DNA of 64,000 nt. It comes from a virus. The first letter of the stretch is position 1. Each line of letters starts with the position of its first letter. The notes beneath the pieces are model-generated. The model ran no database searches. It was not told the DNA's origin and saw only the letters and a list, made by a program, of their open reading frames with translations. The DNA lies in the IMG/VR virus record IMGVR_UViG_3300044979_000004, positions 1 to 64,000 of that record; one strand, given 5' to 3'. The translations under genes were made by a program, and so were the position numbers. Positions 17,258 to 26,326 of this stretch are shown piece by piece.

Positions 17258-17791
17258 ATGTCATTTAACAACACGTTTTATGGGCCACCATCTGAAATTT
17301 CGCCTGCCGGTCCACAATCGCCTTTGCTTGGCATTGACGTTGTTAACGACATCCTTTATGTAAACTCAGGTCGCGGTTGGGTTGAAATTGCATCAGGCGG
17401 CGGAAGCGGAATTACACAACTGACCGGGGATGTCACAGCAGGCCCAGGAACGGGATCAGAAGTCGCAACCCTGGCTACTGTAAACTCTAACGTAGGAAGT
17501 TTTACCAACGCCAATATCACCGTAAATGGTAAAGGGCTGATCACAGCGGCAGCAAACGGAACGGTAAGTTCCCCATTTTCTACTCCGGCAGCGACACCTT
17601 TTACCGCCCCGAACGGCGGAACAACGTATACTCTTCCTAGTGCGTCAGTGAATCCTACCGGATCGTTTTACTTTGTGAACGGAATCAAGAGAATTTATGG
17701 GACATATTACACGATTAGCGGGACTACGCTAACAATTCTATCCGCGACAAAGCCACAAACAGGAGACAGTCATGAAATTTATTACTCTTAG
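17258..17791 (+). CDS. Putative fibre/decoration protein
   Basis: LTGDVT and ITVNGKGLITAA fibre-shaft motifs; N-terminus shared with 19740 ORF. Confidence 0.7.
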   Translation: MSFNNTFYGPPSEISPAGPQSPLLGIDVVNDILYVNSGRGWVEIASGGGSGITQLTGDVTAGPGTGSEVATLATVNSNVGSFTNANITVNGKGLITAAANGTVSSPFSTPAATPFTAPNGGTTYTLPSASVNPTGSFYFVNGIKRIYGTYYTISGTTLTILSATKPQTGDSHEIYYS

Positions 17792-19541
17792 CCTGATTGT
17801 GCTTGCTGCCATTCTCGGACTGTCCGGAATCGCACAGTCTCAGCAAATCAATCCTAATGAGGACATTCGTTGGACAGCAGCTACCGGCTGCGCAACCGCT
17901 GGACTCCCTTTTGTTCCGGCTGATCAAAAGTGTGAGACTGTAGGAAATACAGGCACAGTTACTCAAGTTAATTCTGGAAATGCAGACCCACTATTTACTG
18001 TTGCTGTATCTCTCAATACAACAACTCCAACTTTCGCATTCACTCAGGAAAATGCAGCCCAGAACTCAGTCCTTGCCGGACCAGCAACAGGAGGCGCAGG
18101 ACCATATTCGTTTCAGACATCGCCGACTTTTAGTGCAGCTAACCTGACGAATTTCCCAACGTTCAATCAGAACACGACTGGAACTGCTGCCAACATTACA
18201 GCAACAACTAATTCTACTCTGACAAGTCTTCCAAATTTAGCATTGCCTTACGGACAACTTAGTGGAACAGTCCCAACTTGGAACCAGAACACTACAGGCA
18301 CAGCAGCAGGTCTTAGCGCACAACTTCCTATTAGTGGTGTTGGAACATCAGGGTTGAGCGGAACAGGACCAATCACTATCAACGCGGCGGGAGCCATCGG
18401 CTGCGCGACTTGCAGCACTGGGACTTCTACAGCGGCTCTGACTGGTAATAATTCTAACTCAGGAGCAGCCTCCGGGTCCACGTATAATGGCGGAACAGCA
18501 GTTACTTTTTCTGCTAATACATTTGGTGCAGGTTCTCTGGCAAATGCTAATACGTGGAGTGCGGCAAATATCTTTAGTGCAGCAGGAGCAGCATCTACAC
18601 CAGCTATACAATCTACTTGCGTCCCATATGCCGGTACAAATGCTAATTCATTCGGCTGTTTGGATTTAACATCTGGAAGTGCCGCGTCTATTACAACCCT
18701 GAATACAGCCGGTACGTATTTGACAATTAGACAGCCAACTGGCGGCACTGCGGATTTGATAAACGTGTTTAATGGAACTGCCTCCATGTTCAAAGTTACA
18801 TCGGGAGGGGCAGTAACGGCTACGGGCACAGGGTTTTTTAACAACTTGGTACTAAATTCAGCAGCAGCCAATATAACATCTCCATCGGCCACAGCCGCAA
18901 CACACGAAACACAATCCTCTTTACAGTTTGCAGGATCAAGCGGCAATAGTCTCCATGTGGGAATGGGTTCGACTTCTTCTACCGCCATTACAGCCGGAGA
19001 TAATTACTCGAATCTAATAGTAGGTGCCACCCCGGTCACAACCCCGGCAACAGGTACGAATTCATGGCTAGTCAACGAAGCCATTGACCCTATTGGTACG
19101 GTAACGAGCGGCGGCGCAGCCATTATAAACACTGCTGACCTTTACGTAGGGGCAGCAAGTGCAGCAGGTACAAATAATTATTCACTTTATGTGGCTGGAC
19201 CTCTCAATGCAGCCTCATATGGGTCAAATACTAATTGCTCTAGCTCAGCATCTCCTGCGGTTTGCGGATCGGCTTTGGCGGGAAGTGTTTTGATCCCCAC
19301 AGGCACAACCAGTGAAACTCTGACTGTAAATACCACAGCGGTAACGGCGAATAGTCAGATTTTCTTCTACCCTGACGATTCCTTAGGCACTAAACTGAGC
19401 ACCACATGTAATAGCACTCTGGCCACTCTAGCTGGAGGAAGTTTCATCAGTGGAAGAGTTTCAGGCGCATCGTTCACAATCACCTTTAACGGCAGCATAC
19501 TGACCAACGGGGTTTGCGGAAGTTACTTCATAATTAACTAG
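17772..19541 (+). CDS. Fibre-like protein with N-terminal signal peptide
   Basis: MKFITLSLIVLAAILGLSGIAQS; NQNTTGTAA repeats; Thr/Gly/Ser/Ala-rich. Confidence 0.7.
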   Translation: MKFITLSLIVLAAILGLSGIAQSQQINPNEDIRWTAATGCATAGLPFVPADQKCETVGNTGTVTQVNSGNADPLFTVAVSLNTTTPTFAFTQENAAQNSVLAGPATGGAGPYSFQTSPTFSAANLTNFPTFNQNTTGTAANITATTNSTLTSLPNLALPYGQLSGTVPTWNQNTTGTAAGLSAQLPISGVGTSGLSGTGPITINAAGAIGCATCSTGTSTAALTGNNSNSGAASGSTYNGGTAVTFSANTFGAGSLANANTWSAANIFSAAGAASTPAIQSTCVPYAGTNANSFGCLDLTSGSAASITTLNTAGTYLTIRQPTGGTADLINVFNGTASMFKVTSGGAVTATGTGFFNNLVLNSAAANITSPSATAATHETQSSLQFAGSSGNSLHVGMGSTSSTAITAGDNYSNLIVGATPVTTPATGTNSWLVNEAIDPIGTVTSGGAAIINTADLYVGAASAAGTNNYSLYVAGPLNAASYGSNTNCSSSASPAVCGSALAGSVLIPTGTTSETLTVNTTAVTANSQIFFYPDDSLGTKLSTTCNSTLATLAGGSFISGRVSGASFTITFNGSILTNGVCGSYFIIN

Positions 19542-19549
19542 GAGTCAGA

Positions 19550-19750
19550 TTGAGAGCGTCCAATACAACTAACAACCTACAGGGAGTAGACAGGGATGAC
19601 GCTGTTCGCGGGGCATTCAGTCCATCGTATACAGGCTTGCCGATGGTTAACACTCCTCCTCCAGAGTTTTCCAACAATATCACGCAATACAGCAACAAAA
19701 TTGAAAACGTATTTAATACGTTAGATCAGGAGAACGTAAATGTCATTTAA
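19550..19750 (+). CDS. Hypothetical protein
   Basis: AGGAG RBS, TTG start, fills the gap between fibre genes. Confidence 0.4.
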   Translation: MRASNTTNNLQGVDRDDAVRGAFSPSYTGLPMVNTPPPEFSNNITQYSNKIENVFNTLDQENVNVI

Positions 19751-20630
19751 CCAAACGTTTTTTGGACCGCCTAATGAAATTTCCCCCGCTGGTCCTCAAT
19801 CCCCTCTGTTGGGAATAGATGTAGAAAATGACATTTTGTATGTCAATTCTGGAAAAGGTTGGGTAGAAGTAGGGGCAAGTGGAAGTGGGGTGACAAGTCT
19901 TAACACACTTACGGGTGCAGTTACTTTATCAGCCGGTGGACAAATTGTACTCACTCCATCAGGAAATAACATTCAAATTGGTGGCCCGTCCGTTGCATCT
20001 GGAAATGCAGCTATTACAGTAACCGATACCTCGAACGTGTTTCATGTGTCAGGTGTCCCGGCCACAACCGGCTCCCTCGGAGTTGTGCAGCCAGATGGGA
20101 CTACCATTACTGTCAACGGTTCGGGAGTAATTTCGGCGTCAAGCAGCGGTGGCGGGGGACTAACTCAGATCGCAAAGCATGTCTCCTCAACTACGGAAGC
20201 GTCCATTACATTTTCTGCCATCCCTGGAACGTTTAGCAATCTATTGCTCGTATTTCAAGTGGCCGAATCCGGCAGCGCAGGACAAGACTTCGCTCTTCAG
20301 TTTAATGGCGACTCTGGTGCGAACTATAACTGGGGATTTGGTGCCAACACGGGAACGGGAAACGTTACAAACGGCGACACGTCCGGGCACTGCGGTTATC
20401 AGCAGAACACTAACTATCCGTCTTCTGGAAAAATTGACATACCCAACTATGCTGGAACAGTTCTACAAAAAGGATACGTTGGACAGAACGTGAGCGAATC
20501 TGATGGTAACCTTCTCACCCACGGAGGCATGTGGAACAACACAGCGGCAATTACTTCTATCACTCTGTTCCCCCTTGGATCATTGGAGTTTATTGCAGGA
20601 ACTACCTTCACTCTTTATGGACTACAGTAA
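19740..20630 (+). CDS. Putative tail fibre / receptor-binding protein
   Basis: GVTSLNTLTGAVTL, VQPDGTTITV, C-terminal ITFSAIP...FNGDSGANY...AITSITL...FTLYG domain. Confidence 0.7.
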   Translation: MSFNQTFFGPPNEISPAGPQSPLLGIDVENDILYVNSGKGWVEVGASGSGVTSLNTLTGAVTLSAGGQIVLTPSGNNIQIGGPSVASGNAAITVTDTSNVFHVSGVPATTGSLGVVQPDGTTITVNGSGVISASSSGGGGLTQIAKHVSSTTEASITFSAIPGTFSNLLLVFQVAESGSAGQDFALQFNGDSGANYNWGFGANTGTGNVTNGDTSGHCGYQQNTNYPSSGKIDIPNYAGTVLQKGYVGQNVSESDGNLLTHGGMWNNTAAITSITLFPLGSLEFIAGTTFTLYGLQ

Positions 20631-20765
20631 TAACAGTTTAAAGGATGCCCGTATATAATTCAGTTATATCATAATCGAGGCATCAAGCCCCTAGACGGGG
20701 CTTCTATCGCAGGGCAATGCGTTTCTAGAAGTAGGCGTGCATTGCCCCTGAAACCGGGAGCCGCA

Positions 20766-21185
20766 ATGTATTCGAAGGTACGGATCAAAAAGTCCGCTCT
20801 AGATTACTTCAGGCGGCAAGCCCGCAACGCTTATCCTAAAGAAATTCAGGCGTACCTACTTGGTGTTATAACATCTGTCAACGAAGTAAGAGTAACTGAT
20901 GTAGTCTATCCATATTGGTACGATACACAGACCTCAGAAGAAGTAGGATGGACAGCAGATGAATTCAAACAACTCAAAGAACGAGCCATAGCAGAACATA
21001 AAATGGTAGTTGGCGATATACACAGTCACCCAAATTATGACCCAGTTATGAGCGGCCAAGATTATCGTGCTGCCATTCTTGATTCACTGTTGGTTTGTGG
21101 AATCTGCTCAGTCCGAAAGAATAAGACTAAGGTGATCTTCTGGACACCGACTTCTTCACTGCCTTGTGAAGTTACTTATCTATAA
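20766..21185 (+). CDS. JAB/MPN+ domain metalloprotease
   Basis: PKEIQAYLLG...VGDIHSHPNYDPVMSGQD (E, HxH, S, D). Confidence 0.85.
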   Translation: MYSKVRIKKSALDYFRRQARNAYPKEIQAYLLGVITSVNEVRVTDVVYPYWYDTQTSEEVGWTADEFKQLKERAIAEHKMVVGDIHSHPNYDPVMSGQDYRAAILDSLLVCGICSVRKNKTKVIFWTPTSSLPCEVTYL

Positions 21186-21516
21186 TCCTTGGGAGGGGGC
21201 TATGATAAAGAGACGCAGCATTCATAGAAACAAGATGAAGAACCTAAGTCTGGACGAACGGCTGCATCCAAACCTCCGATTCCTTGCCGAGCTTCTATCT
21301 ATGATAGCAGACTCCGATGGAGATGAGCAGCAATTATTCAAGGACTTACTGAGGGCGCGATTCATCATGAAGAACGGCGTCAAGTGGCAACCTGAGAAAG
21401 AGGGTGAACCAGAAAAGATTGATCGCTCACAGGCAACGCTAGCATCGAAAGACATTATCAAAGGATTCATGGATAACATTCTTCAGGGGGAGACTGAAAA
21501 TGCCAGCAACATTTAG
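21166..21516 (+). CDS. Hypothetical protein
   Basis: ORF in operon; start likely MIKRRS after GGAGG. Confidence 0.5.
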   Translation: MKLLIYNPWEGAMIKRRSIHRNKMKNLSLDERLHPNLRFLAELLSMIADSDGDEQQLFKDLLRARFIMKNGVKWQPEKEGEPEKIDRSQATLASKDIIKGFMDNILQGETENASNI

Positions 21517-21709
21517 CGTCCCATTGGCGGACGCACAGAATTTTCAGAAAGTCTGGACCAATAGGGGTATAGCAATTGTACTCCCTGCGGAAGCCGCCCA
21601 GTTTGCCACGGATTTTGCTAACGTAGTTTTGCGTAACTTCATCGCTATGTGCCAAGAGCAGGCACAACAAAAACCAGTTGAGGAGAAGAAGCTCATCATA
21701 GAGGGGTAA
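21500..21709 (+). CDS. Hypothetical protein
   Basis: GGAG RBS, overlapping neighbour. Confidence 0.55.
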   Translation: MPATFSVPLADAQNFQKVWTNRGIAIVLPAEAAQFATDFANVVLRNFIAMCQEQAQQKPVEEKKLIIEG

Positions 21710-21710
21710 C

Positions 21711-21944
21711 ATGCTCTACCGGGCGTACTTCAATCGCAAGAAAGATTTTCCGTTTATTTGGTCATTTGATTCGGGTGACAGTTCAACTGAAGTCATAGTT
21801 CGCAACGTACATATCGGAGGGTGCCATGCGTGGACACATTATGAGCCGAAAGCCGGTGATAATGTGAATTCTCCTACAGCTTGGTTCTTCATCATGGCAG
21901 GATATGTCGAGATTATCGACGGCGAAGCTTATTTTACAGATTAG
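21711..21944 (+). CDS. Hypothetical protein
   Basis: GAGGGG RBS, tight packing. Confidence 0.55.
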   Translation: MLYRAYFNRKKDFPFIWSFDSGDSSTEVIVRNVHIGGCHAWTHYEPKAGDNVNSPTAWFFIMAGYVEIIDGEAYFTD

Positions 21945-21950
21945 AACTAC

Positions 21951-22025
21951 TGGCGAGTAGCATAATGGCAGTGTCGCAAACTGTTAATTTGTAGGGTGCA
22001 GGTTCGAATCCTGCCTTGCCAGCCA
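21951..22025 (+). tRNA. tRNA-Asn(GUU)
   Basis: TGGCGAG/CTTGCCA acceptor, GCAAA-CTGTTAA-TTTGT, GCCA end. Confidence 0.9.
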
Positions 22026-22031
22026 ATTTAA

Positions 22032-22106
22032 CCTTCTGTCGTTCAACGGACAGGACGCAGAGCTACGAACTCTGTGATGTTGGTTCGATTCCAACCGGGA
22101 GGCCCA
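22032..22106 (+). tRNA. tRNA-Arg(ACG)
   Basis: CCTTCTG/CGGGAGG acceptor, CAGAG-CTACGAA-CTCTG, CCA end. Confidence 0.9.
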
Positions 22107-22107
22107 G

Positions 22108-22605
22108 TTGCAAGAAATTTACACACATGTTTATGTCGGGGACGATTCGGATTACGAAAAAATCAAAGACAAAGACGATTGGCGCAGCGCACGAATGTGT
22201 AAGTTCGGGCCTGGAGGCCATAAAGAAAGCCTCGGATACACCACGATGGCAGCACCGAAGGGTAAGAACTATTTGTCTGTGACCAAAGATAACCGTCTCG
22301 CAGTAAATATCATAGATATGGAAGACCCTAATATGATCCCCTTCGATTGCGTAAAGATTGCACTCGATTATATTAAAGCACAGTTGGAGAATGGTAAGAA
22401 AGTGTTGGTAGCTTGTAACAGCGGACACTCACGCGGGCCATCCACAGGGCTAGCGTTTCTTCGCTCAATTGGCGACATGCCATACCACTTCATCAAAGCT
22501 GAAAATATCTACAAAGTACTCTACCCCAAATATGACCCAGGAATGGGAATGAGGCAGTTGCTCAGAGATTATTGGGGAGATTTGGAAAACCTGGAGATTA
22601 AATAA
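22108..22605 (+). CDS. Dual-specificity (Cys-based) phosphatase
   Basis: HVYVGD N-terminus, VLVACNSGHSRGPS CX5R loop. Confidence 0.85.
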   Translation: MQEIYTHVYVGDDSDYEKIKDKDDWRSARMCKFGPGGHKESLGYTTMAAPKGKNYLSVTKDNRLAVNIIDMEDPNMIPFDCVKIALDYIKAQLENGKKVLVACNSGHSRGPSTGLAFLRSIGDMPYHFIKAENIYKVLYPKYDPGMGMRQLLRDYWGDLENLEIK

Positions 22606-22943
22606 TGTCCGATGTTATGAATGAACTGAAGCACTCTTTGAGCGGTGAACACGAAAAGCCAAAGAAAGTGGTTCACAAGATGCACATAGAAAAGGCTAAG
22701 TCGGGCGGTCATATCATCACCCACGAGCACACTCATCCGGCGCACCACCCAGATGAAAAACATGTCACCAAAGGGGATGACGAACTAGCTTCTCACGTTC
22801 TTCAGAACATGGGAACTCCCAACCCAGGCGAAGCAGAGGCCGATGCAGGGCAGAGCGGAATTCCTGCCGGAGGAGCAGCACCCACTCCAGGCGCGTCAGC
22901 CGGAGCAGCCCCCGGTGGAGCACCATCGCCAGCGATGGCATAA
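22605..22943 (+). CDS. His-rich hypothetical protein
   Basis: Coupled ORF, low-complexity tail. Confidence 0.6.
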   Translation: MSDVMNELKHSLSGEHEKPKKVVHKMHIEKAKSGGHIITHEHTHPAHHPDEKHVTKGDDELASHVLQNMGTPNPGEAEADAGQSGIPAGGAAPTPGASAGAAPGGAPSPAMA

Positions 22944-22952
22944 GGAGCAGTC

Positions 22953-23501
22953 ATGGCAGATATCGCAGAGGGTCTACGAGACTCTTTCAATAACGTAGTG
23001 TCCGCTCCGGTCAAAGCTGTTGGGGATATGGTTGACAAGGTAAAAAGCACGTTCGGAGCTAAACCAAACACGGATTGGCACAGTGATATGGTAAAAAGTG
23101 CCAACGACTCTTTTAAGGCCGGACAGTCAAAGTCTGCTCCAGCACAGCCCAAACCGGCCCCCAAGCCTGCGCCAAAAGTTCCTAGCTATAAACACGGTAC
23201 GGATTATGTTCCTAAGACCGGACTTGCAAAGCTTCACAAAGGCGAAGCAGTTCTACCAAAGGATGAAGCCGAGCAGCACAGGCAGGAGAAAGACATGTCA
23301 AACAAGAATATGGAAACCGTACATCTATCACATCACAGAGTTGTAATGCACCTTCACAAAGGAGGTCTGCATAGGGCTTTGGGAATTCCTGAAGGAGAAA
23401 CGATTCCGAAAGAGAAAATCGAAGCGGCCAAGAATAGCAAGAACCAGCACGTGGCAAAGATGGCGGAACTTGCTCATACCATGGCAGGCTGGAAGCACTA
23501 A
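22953..23501 (+). CDS. Hypothetical protein
   Basis: AAGGAG RBS; YKHGTDYVPKTGLAKLHKGEAV and GGLHRALGIPEGE motifs. Confidence 0.65.
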   Translation: MADIAEGLRDSFNNVVSAPVKAVGDMVDKVKSTFGAKPNTDWHSDMVKSANDSFKAGQSKSAPAQPKPAPKPAPKVPSYKHGTDYVPKTGLAKLHKGEAVLPKDEAEQHRQEKDMSNKNMETVHLSHHRVVMHLHKGGLHRALGIPEGETIPKEKIEAAKNSKNQHVAKMAELAHTMAGWKH

Positions 23502-23524
23502 TAGTTAATGCATAAAGAGGAGAT

Positions 23525-25561
23525 ATGCAACTATCAAAACTAAGAGCACTATACGAGGATTGCAGGCATCTACCTCATTATCAACACAGAGATTTGATAG
23601 AGACTGAGTTGTTGGTCAAGGCGCTGAAAAGCTTCAATAAACTTCAAGAGGGACAGCAGGACAAGGCAATCAAAAATTGGTCAAAGCAGTTAGGAAAGGA
23701 ATCTTTAGATCAGACAGACTTCAACGAGTTGATCAAACTGCGATTAATGTGTCAGACCAATCTTTACTTTCTCTGCCACGTGCTAGAAAGCTACAATCAA
23801 ACCACGGTCAATACCCACGAAGACATCTGCAATGATTTTTTCGTACAGAAAGACCCCACGCACATAACGTTCGATCAGTTCGCTGATCAATATGTGGACC
23901 TAAAGCAGAGGTTGCTGTTGGTTCCCCGTGGAGGCTTCAAATCGTCATTGAACATGGCGGATTGCGTTCAGTGGATTATTTGCTTTCCGGCCATCACGAT
24001 TGCTATTCTAACAGGAGTTTTGCAGCTTGCCAAGGACTTTGTTGGCGAAGTAAAGATGCACTTCACCTATACAGAATCCGGTACAGACGGAAAAGGTAAG
24101 CCCCAGTACAGCAACCGTCAGATCATGGACAAGAAGACTGGCTATTGGTCAGATAGTATGTTTCAGGTTCTATTTCCTGAACACTGTTTATCACCACTAG
24201 AAGGCAATCAACTTGAGTTTCAGACTCCCGCAGCGGAAGAGGCCAAAGAGCCTACCGTCAGAGCGGCGTCTATCGATCAGGCATTGTCTGGTAGCCACTT
24301 TAACGTTCTAAAGCTTGATGACGTAATTACCAACGAAAACACCAAGACCCAGGCTCGTATGAAGGATACGACCAAGCAGATCAGCATTAACAACGGTCTT
24401 TTGAATCCAAATGGATTCTACGATGTGATTGGTACTTGGTATGATGAGCTAGATTACTACGGCGTCACTATTAAAAAGTTAGAAAAAAGAGCTAAGGATG
24501 AAGGTCTACTGGGACTTCTGCACGGCTCCGTTGACAGCGGACGATTCAATGTAAATCTCAGCTTCAAGGTTTACTTGAGAGCTTGTTGGTGGCCAACTAA
24601 AGAGGCCGAACTTGCCGGTAAAATTGAAGAAGAGATGACAAAGACAGACTGGGTTCTATGGTTCCCAGAACGCATGAGTTATGAATGGCTGATCGAGAAG
24701 CAGAAGAACGACTCTGACCTTGACGACGATGGTGATACCGGGTACTTCGCTATCAAGTATCTGAATAACCCAAGAAAGGTCAATAGGGTCAAGTTTCCAC
24801 GAGAACTGCTAGTGAGACGAACAATTCCTCATCATCAGTTCCCGCAACAAGGGATTGTAGTCACAGCCGTGGATACTGCCTACAGCACAAAATCTTGGGC
24901 AGATTTTACGGTCATCATTACGGCTTTGATTTTTGGCGGACGATTCTACATCATCAACATGGTCCGAGGTCGATTCAATGAGTATGATCTTCCAAAAGTT
25001 ATCGCAGGGGTTGGTGCCAAGTGGAAGCCGAGACGGATTGCTATTGAAGACTCGGTTGGCGTTAAGTGGATGGGACGAGAGCTTAAGCGAGAGCTTGACC
25101 TTCTTAAAATCTCTATCCCTGTCGAATTCTGCACACTTGGGTTCGGGTCCAAGCTTAGGTCCAAGCAACTCAAGGCTAAGCCCGTACTTCGGCTATTGGG
25201 AGATGAAAGATTGTACTTTCTCAACTCCTGTGAAGGATTAGAAGAAATCTACAGTGAAATGGAAAAATTTACTGGAACCAGCGACGATGCTCACGATGAT
25301 ATCATCTCTGCCATCTCTCTTCTGGTAGAACAGTTCGGAGGCTACGCTGACACCGATTCTAGAGTCAACTCTGTCAATCAAGACTACGTGAGTAACTTAC
25401 AAGCTCAGGATTTGCATAACCGACTTTATTGCCTAGGTAAATATGCTAGTTTGAATCAGACCGATGACAACCCAGTAACCCAGTTTCAGGTAAATCAGGC
25501 CGCAAATGCATTTCCTATTCAAGAGCCTTATGTTGATGTTTTAGGAGATTTGATGTCCTAG
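23525..25561 (+). CDS. terL: Terminase large subunit
   Basis: Walker A PRGGFKS, Walker B LKLDD, IGTWY, nuclease VDTAYS..ADFT and HDDIISA; upstream of portal. Confidence 0.9.
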   Translation: MQLSKLRALYEDCRHLPHYQHRDLIETELLVKALKSFNKLQEGQQDKAIKNWSKQLGKESLDQTDFNELIKLRLMCQTNLYFLCHVLESYNQTTVNTHEDICNDFFVQKDPTHITFDQFADQYVDLKQRLLLVPRGGFKSSLNMADCVQWIICFPAITIAILTGVLQLAKDFVGEVKMHFTYTESGTDGKGKPQYSNRQIMDKKTGYWSDSMFQVLFPEHCLSPLEGNQLEFQTPAAEEAKEPTVRAASIDQALSGSHFNVLKLDDVITNENTKTQARMKDTTKQISINNGLLNPNGFYDVIGTWYDELDYYGVTIKKLEKRAKDEGLLGLLHGSVDSGRFNVNLSFKVYLRACWWPTKEAELAGKIEEEMTKTDWVLWFPERMSYEWLIEKQKNDSDLDDDGDTGYFAIKYLNNPRKVNRVKFPRELLVRRTIPHHQFPQQGIVVTAVDTAYSTKSWADFTVIITALIFGGRFYIINMVRGRFNEYDLPKVIAGVGAKWKPRRIAIEDSVGVKWMGRELKRELDLLKISIPVEFCTLGFGSKLRSKQLKAKPVLRLLGDERLYFLNSCEGLEEIYSEMEKFTGTSDDAHDDIISAISLLVEQFGGYADTDSRVNSVNQDYVSNLQAQDLHNRLYCLGKYASLNQTDDNPVTQFQVNQAANAFPIQEPYVDVLGDLMS

Positions 25562-25570
25562 GAGGCGGCT

Positions 25571-25741
25571 ATGCCAGATAAGAGCGTTGAAGCTATCAAG
25601 AAAGCCGTAATCGCAGATTTCGAAAAACTAGGAACCGGCGAGAAAGTGTACTCCAAAGTCTTCAGCTTGCATATTTTGACAAAGTATGCTACACTGTTGT
25701 ATAAGCTCTATCAGAAATCGGAGCAGAAAGGAAAGGAATAG
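25571..25741 (+). CDS. Small hypothetical protein (56 aa)
   Basis: GGAGG RBS; MPDKSVEAIKKAVIADFEK... Confidence 0.45.
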   Translation: MPDKSVEAIKKAVIADFEKLGTGEKVYSKVFSLHILTKYATLLYKLYQKSEQKGKE

Positions 25742-25744
25742 TCG

Positions 25745-26326
25745 ATGCATGTTTACTTGATTCAGAACATTGTGAATGGCAAGTGCTACGTCGGGCAACA
25801 CGCGGGCGATGATTTGGATAAGTATTGGAAACATAACGTCCGAGCCGCACTGGCAGGTCGGGGAAATAAGCTATTTCTATACCGAGCCATCCGTAAATAC
25901 GGACCTGAAAATTTCACTATAAGAACGATCCATACCCCTGTAGATGCAGAGGACATGACGCGGGCTGAAATAGCGTATATAAAGTTTTTCGGGACTCAGG
26001 ATGACGAACTGGGATACAACATTACAGCAGGCGGTCCGGGAAGGCTCGGCACTACAAGCATCTGCTCTTCAGAGACCCGAAAGAAAATGTCTGACACGCG
26101 AAAAGGCGTTCCAAAAACAGAAGAATGGGCTAAAGCTATTGGCGATTCTCAAAGAGGCCGCAGTTTAACACCCGAGCACATCGCCGCATTAAAAGCCGGT
26201 CAGAAAGGCTGTAAAAAACCTCCGAGAACGGAAGAGCATAAGAAAAGGCTAAGAGAAAGCAGGGAACGTAACCGACTGGCTAAATTGACGCAGCGGGAGG
26301 AGTATAATGGCAGTGATTCAGCCTGA
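25745..26326 (+). CDS. Free-standing GIY-YIG homing endonuclease with NUMOD3-like repeats
   Basis: HVYLIQNIVNGKCYVGQ, AIRKYGPENF, GYNIT.GG, SETRKKMS. Confidence 0.9.
   Translation: MHVYLIQNIVNGKCYVGQHAGDDLDKYWKHNVRAALAGRGNKLFLYRAIRKYGPENFTIRTIHTPVDAEDMTRAEIAYIKFFGTQDDELGYNITAGGPGRLGTTSICSSETRKKMSDTRKGVPKTEEWAKAIGDSQRGRSLTPEHIAALKAGQKGCKKPPRTEEHKKRLRESRERNRLAKLTQREEYNGSDSA

Noticed and set aside
18248-18988. Long antisense ORFs opposite fibre and ejection genes (also 40089-40580, 52715-53194)
   Set aside because: Expected shadows of Thr/Gly/Ala-rich coding sequence; no RBS or motifs.
22016-22282. 88-aa ORF, and likewise ORFs 59539-59793 and 59696-59956
   Set aside because: They overlap clear tRNA genes.
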